DNA of 53,727 nucleotides, taken from positions 1 through 53,727 of the forward strand of contig JBIOXB010000004.1 of NCBI GenBank assembly GCA_044869275.1, read 5' to 3'. A program made the position numbers and the translations under genes. Below are positions 49,451 through 53,727 of the stretch, piece after piece. Source of the DNA: a bacterium. GTDB taxonomy: Bacteria; Zhuqueibacterota; Zhuqueibacteria; Zhuqueibacterales; Zhuqueibacteraceae. The notes below the pieces were generated by a model that ran no database searches, was not told where the DNA came from, and saw nothing but the letters and a program-made list of their open reading frames with translations. Position 1 is the stretch's first letter. The number at the start of each line of letters is the position of its first letter.

Positions 49451-51616
49451 TCACGATCCGTATGAACTCATCACTTCTGCAGCCTGCAAAGCCGCAGCGG
49501 TTTGCGGGCGTTCGACGCGTCGTTCCGTTTCCTGGCCCGCATTGACGCCGACCACCACCAGGGTAAGATCATCATGCGCGCGATTGGCTCCCACGTGCGC
49601 GTGCAGGCTTTTCAAAATCTCCTCTTTCACCATCTCGGCCTTGCACCCTCTTTGCCGCCGGACGACCTGCAACAGAGCTTTCTCTTCGAATTCGTGATTG
49701 CGGCTGTCGCGCGCTTCAATCACTCCGTCGGTATAAAACACAAAATTATCGCCAGGCGAGATGCCCAGGCTGATTTCTTCCAAGGTCAGATCGAAAAGCG
49801 GGCCCTGATCCATGCCGATGCCCATGCCGCGCGGCTGCAAAAATGTGGGCTCGCCGGCATGCGGATGCCAAAGCAAGGGCGTGTGCCCGGCGCGGCTGAG
49901 CGACATGGAGTGCATTTGCGGGTCGAAAACCGCGTAAATCAAACTGATGAAGGAATTCTTCTCCAAGCTGCGGCACAATATCTGATTGGCATGCACCAGC
50001 ACTTCGCGCGGCGATTCGTAAATTTTTCCCAACGCCTCGATCACGCCTTTGACTTCAGCCATGTAAAACGCCGCGGCTGTGCCCTTCCCGGAGACGTCGC
50101 CCACCACCACCGCCAGCTTGTCGCCACGCTTGAAAACGTCGAAATAGTCCCCACCCACTTCATAAGCCGCCACGCTGATGCCGGAAACTTCGATGCCAGG
50201 CACCACCGGCATGTTTTTCGGGATGAGCTTTTTCTGCGCTTCCTGCGCCACACGCAGCTCCTGCGCGAGCCGTTCTTTCTCCAGCGATTCATTCAACAAG
50301 CGCGCATTTTCAAACGCGATGGCCGCCTGATCGGCAAATGCCTGCAACATGTCTTGGTCGAATTGGTCATAGCTGAAATAATCGCGTTTGGCGGAATACA
50401 GCACGCCGAAAACGTGCTCGCGCGAAATCAGCGGCACGGCCAGCAGCGCCCCGATGTTCTTTTTCCACTCCGTCAAATGCTGCGCCCGGCCGTCGTCTTT
50501 GACATCATTGATCAACAGCCCCTTCTGGTGCTGCACCACCCAGCCGCTCAGCCCGCCGTGCAAGATCAGCGGAAGCTGCTCCCTCTCCTTTTCGCTCAAC
50601 TGCACCGCCGAGCCCAGGTGCAGCGCATTTTTCTGCTCGTTCAACAATTCCAGCCAGGCAAAATCGGACTTCGTGACTTGCACGGCGCGCTGCGTGATGG
50701 AATCCATGAGCCGGTCTTTTTCCATAAAATGGCTGATGGACTGCGTCACTTCCTGCAAAGATTTGATGGCGTGAATTTTCTCGTCGAACAAGCCGGCCGT
50801 GGGCAGGCTCAGCAGCAGTAAAAAAGCAGATATGCCGGCATACACCGCGACAAAAAGCGAGATGGCGCCCAGGATGGCGGCATACGCGATGCTATAATCC
50901 GCCACGAAGCTCCACCGCGCATTGGCGGTCATAAAAACTCCAAAGCCGCCAGCGATCATCGTGGCCAACAACACGATCCATTTTTGCGGCCGGTTCAGAA
51001 AAGTGATCCACGAGGCGCGGAAAGCATTCAATACGATGAGAATGACGACCAGCACAAAGGCCACCGCGCCCATGGGCCCGGTCTCGAAAGGGCTGGCCGC
51101 GCGAAACTTTTCCATGCCCAGGGCAGAAGACACGGCGGCAAAAATCAGGATGGCCAGAGCAAGCAAGCGAAAGTTGCGCAGGGTTGCCGCCCGGCTCTTG
51201 TACAGCACCAGCACGCGAAGCAGGGCGAAGAGGGCCAGGTGCAACAGCGTGGCCAGCCATGCGGCCAGCGTGCTCAATAAGAAAAAATCCGTGCCCGCGT
51301 AGAGCCGGGAATTCCTGGAGGCGGCCTGGGGAAACGAGGCAAAATACCTGTCGGCCAGTGCAAAGATTAAGAAGGCGCTGAAGAGTACGATAAAAATCTT
51401 GCGGAGAGCGGAAAAAATGCGGCGCTCATGCAGCCAGGTCGTTTTCGCGTAGAAGGGAACGAGCATCAACAGTACCGCGAGCAAGACGCCGTCACGCAGC
51501 AAGCGCACCATTTCCGGCACCCGCCCGAGCAAGAGCCATACCGTATCGAGCACGGTGAGGCCGAACAGTGTCAGGAAAGGCAAAGAGAGGAGAATTTTCT
51601 TGAGGAGATTTTTCAT
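49451..51616 (-). CDS. Membrane-anchored GAF + SpoIIE/PP2C (RsbU-like) protein phosphatase
   Basis: N-terminal TM bundle; GAF (AVPL...GVL, QAAIAFENARL); VGGDYFD, GDVSGKG, YTDGVIEA, DDLT. Confidence 0.9.
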   Translation of the reverse strand: MKNLLKKILLSLPFLTLFGLTVLDTVWLLLGRVPEMVRLLRDGVLLAVLLMLVPFYAKTTWLHERRIFSALRKIFIVLFSAFLIFALADRYFASFPQAASRNSRLYAGTDFFLLSTLAAWLATLLHLALFALLRVLVLYKSRAATLRNFRLLALAILIFAAVSSALGMEKFRAASPFETGPMGAVAFVLVVILIVLNAFRASWITFLNRPQKWIVLLATMIAGGFGVFMTANARWSFVADYSIAYAAILGAISLFVAVYAGISAFLLLLSLPTAGLFDEKIHAIKSLQEVTQSISHFMEKDRLMDSITQRAVQVTKSDFAWLELLNEQKNALHLGSAVQLSEKEREQLPLILHGGLSGWVVQHQKGLLINDVKDDGRAQHLTEWKKNIGALLAVPLISREHVFGVLYSAKRDYFSYDQFDQDMLQAFADQAAIAFENARLLNESLEKERLAQELRVAQEAQKKLIPKNMPVVPGIEVSGISVAAYEVGGDYFDVFKRGDKLAVVVGDVSGKGTAAAFYMAEVKGVIEALGKIYESPREVLVHANQILCRSLEKNSFISLIYAVFDPQMHSMSLSRAGHTPLLWHPHAGEPTFLQPRGMGIGMDQGPLFDLTLEEISLGISPGDNFVFYTDGVIEARDSRNHEFEEKALLQVVRRQRGCKAEMVKEEILKSLHAHVGANRAHDDLTLVVVGVNAGQETERRVERPQTAAALQAAEVMSSYGS

Positions 51617-51755
51617 GCCCTCGGGGCGCGAGCGCCATTCCGTCTTTTTCTGCAACTTAAATAACCTCGCCAGCAAAGTCAAGGCGCGATTTCCCGCCGC
51701 ACGCCGACCGCACTTACGTTAAATTGTGCTTGACTTTTTAATGAGGATCTTATAT

Positions 51756-51771
51756 TTAACCAAATGGTTAA
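51756..51771 (+). promoter_or_regulatory. Palindromic operator overlapping the ArsR start codon
   Basis: TTAACCA-AA-TGGTTAA; upstream TTGACT (51730-51735) and TATATT (51751-51756); no RBS before ATG 51764. Confidence 0.65.
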
Positions 51772-52495
51772 GCATTCCGATCTTGTCTTAAACCGGGTTT
51801 ACGGCGCGCTCGCAGATGCCACGCGCCGCCTGATCCTGGAACAGCTTGCCGCCCAGGAAATGTCGGTGTCGGAAGTGGCCGGGCCATTCCGGATTTCCTT
51901 GCCGGCTATTTCCCGGCATTTGCGCGTGCTCGAAAGCGCCAATCTGCTGGCGCGCGAAAAACAAGGCCGGAGCATTACCTGCCGTTTGGCGGCTCCCGCC
52001 TTGCTCTCTGCCGGGGAATGGCTTACCGGTTACCGCGGCTTCTGGGAGCAGCGTTTCGAGGCATTGGATAAATATCTTCGTGAAGAACGCGCAGGCGGCG
52101 AGCTGGCGGCGACAAGAACGCGACGGAACAAGAGCTCTTCACGGTTGCGCAGCGGCACGCCGGCACGAATGCGGACGCAAGCCCGCCACCCTTCGCTCGA
52201 CGCAACTTTCGCGGCATTGGCGGATGCGACCCGCCGAAGAATTCTGCACCGGCTGCGTTCCGGCGCGGTCACCGTGACGGAATTGGCCGAGCCGTTCGCC
52301 ATCTCGCTACCGGCGATTTCAAAACACCTGCGCGTACTGGAAAGCTCCGGTTTGCTGGGGCGCGAAAAATCGGGCAGAAAACACTCCTGTCATCTGCTGG
52401 CCAGCCCGCTGCAACTCGCTGCAGCTTGGATCGGACGTTATGCGCGGATGGACGGAGCCGAATGCCATGCAAAAATGGTTCGCACCCTCGGATGA
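51764..52495 (+). CDS. ArsR/SmtB family regulator with two tandem wHTH domains
   Basis: ALADATRR..IL..L...SLPAIS(R/K)HLRVLE occurs twice, joined by an Arg/Ser-rich linker. Confidence 0.85.
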   Translation: MVKHSDLVLNRVYGALADATRRLILEQLAAQEMSVSEVAGPFRISLPAISRHLRVLESANLLAREKQGRSITCRLAAPALLSAGEWLTGYRGFWEQRFEALDKYLREERAGGELAATRTRRNKSSSRLRSGTPARMRTQARHPSLDATFAALADATRRRILHRLRSGAVTVTELAEPFAISLPAISKHLRVLESSGLLGREKSGRKHSCHLLASPLQLAAAWIGRYARMDGAECHAKMVRTLG

Positions 52496-52662
52496 GTTTG
52501 TCATTCCCATGGTCGAAGTTGATTTGCGCGTTGGTGGCTTCTCATCCGTAATATAGCGAAGAAATTTTCTGAATTTTATTCTGTGTTTATTTCGCTAAGC
52601 GCATACATATGACTCGAAACGCGCAAGCATTACGAATCAAAAATTTCACACGGAGGCAGAGT

Positions 52663-53325
52663 ATGAACAACACCAACAAAGTCGTGGTCAAGAATTTGAT
52701 TCTCGTCCCGGCGTTGATCACCTTGGCGATCACGATGCTGCGTTTGACCGGCGAGCTGATGAATTGGTCGCCTCTGCTCTTCAACAAAAAAGCCGGCGGC
52801 GGAGGCGCCCTCATCGGAATTGCGTGGCTGGTTCCGGTCTTCGGTTTCTATTTCGCGCGCCAATTGATGAAATCGAACGATTATCCTGCCGGAGCGGGCC
52901 GCGTCTTTGCCTTTTCCTCGCTGGGGCTCGCCGTTTTCGCGGCCTTGTTCGCGCTCAGCTTTCGATTGCCGCGGGCAAGCATCTGGCAACTCCTGCTGAT
53001 TGTCGTCGCAACCGTCGCGGGCCTCTTCATCACTCGTAAAGGCTGGCCCTCGCTTTTTTCAACTCTGTTCGCCTATGGCTTGGCAGCACGCATTCCGGTC
53101 GCGCTTGTGATGTTGATTGCTATCATGAATAACTGGGGCACGCATTACGACGTTTCGCCGCCCAATTTTGCGGAGATGCCGCCTCTCGCCAAATGGGTGG
53201 CCATCGGCCTCATTCCTCAACTTACGTTCTGGATGGCCTTCACGGTGAATATCGGAGCGGTCTTCGGGGGGGTTGCGGTGGCCGTCGCCAAGCGCAGTCC
53301 CGCTTTGGCAAAGGCAATGTCCTGA
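52663..53325 (+). CDS. Hypothetical multi-pass membrane protein
   Basis: GGAGG RBS; about 6 hydrophobic segments; WGTHYD motif. Confidence 0.8.
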   Translation: MNNTNKVVVKNLILVPALITLAITMLRLTGELMNWSPLLFNKKAGGGGALIGIAWLVPVFGFYFARQLMKSNDYPAGAGRVFAFSSLGLAVFAALFALSFRLPRASIWQLLLIVVATVAGLFITRKGWPSLFSTLFAYGLAARIPVALVMLIAIMNNWGTHYDVSPPNFAEMPPLAKWVAIGLIPQLTFWMAFTVNIGAVFGGVAVAVAKRSPALAKAMS

Positions 53326-53727
53326 AAGCATCGCATGCCCGACGCGAGCCAGCCACGGCAAAACGAACTCTCTATTACGTTTTACGAATGACGCATTAGA
53401 TATCACGTGATCCGTAAAACGTAAGGCGTAAGAAAAAAGGTGGTATTGAATTTTGAGCATTGGATTTTGGATTTCTTTGCTCAAGCAGCTCAGATTTCAC
53501 TTGTAATGGACTACGCCAGTTGTCGGCTGCGCCGCCAACTGAAGCCGCTTCGCGGCGGCTTTGGTTTAAGCCAACGGATAGAAAAACCCAACGGATGCCA
53601 GGAGCATTTTCATGCGCCATGCTGAAACGAGCATGCTTAATACAAACACGATTGGCAAAATAATTGATGGCAAAATGATTCGTTGCGTTCATTTGCCAAT
53701 TGCTTGTTTGCATTTTTCTTGACATGC

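Noticed and set aside
49502..50821. 439-aa plus-strand ORF
   Set aside because: Antisense shadow of the GAF-PP2C gene.
53396..53725. 109-aa minus-strand ORF at the right edge
   Set aside because: Composed of low-complexity repeat-derived sequence with no recognisable protein features.

Overview
A 53.7 kb bacterial chromosomal window. PorV-like and 'QNYPNPFNP' C-terminal sorting domains suggest an FCB-group lineage such as KSB1/Calditrichota (inference). Left part (1-11.3 kb): a probable IS end, a MetE-like enzyme, a decayed duplicate of an Nramp-like transporter, a TolB-like protein, and a transporter cluster ending in an AhpD/CMD-like gene with an in-frame UGA. That UGA sits in a CxxU motif followed by a SECIS-like hairpin, so the gene is a probable selenoprotein split by the ORF track. 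Middle (11.3-25.3 kb): a carbohydrate cluster (GH3 pseudogene, GH78, NCS1-like permease with an unannotated small protein, esterase, sugar ABC components, DUF1080-PHP, GlpF), interrupted by a RAYT transposase with its own covarying REP family. Then spt plus a putative bacterial ceramide synthase, an ECF sigma/anti-sigma/DUF4097 cluster, a PorV-like gene, tRNA-Thr and tRNA-Phe, a HEPN pair, an M1 peptidase and a TPR protein. Right part: two tandem secreted M4 proteases, a trypsin-like lipoprotein protease followed by a stand-alone copy of its own N-terminal domain, a GAF-PP2C phosphatase operon and a double-domain ArsR regulator. Several MITE-like inverted-repeat elements and heptamer repeats fill the intergenic spaces. 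All family calls are by motif recognition; no database searches were run.
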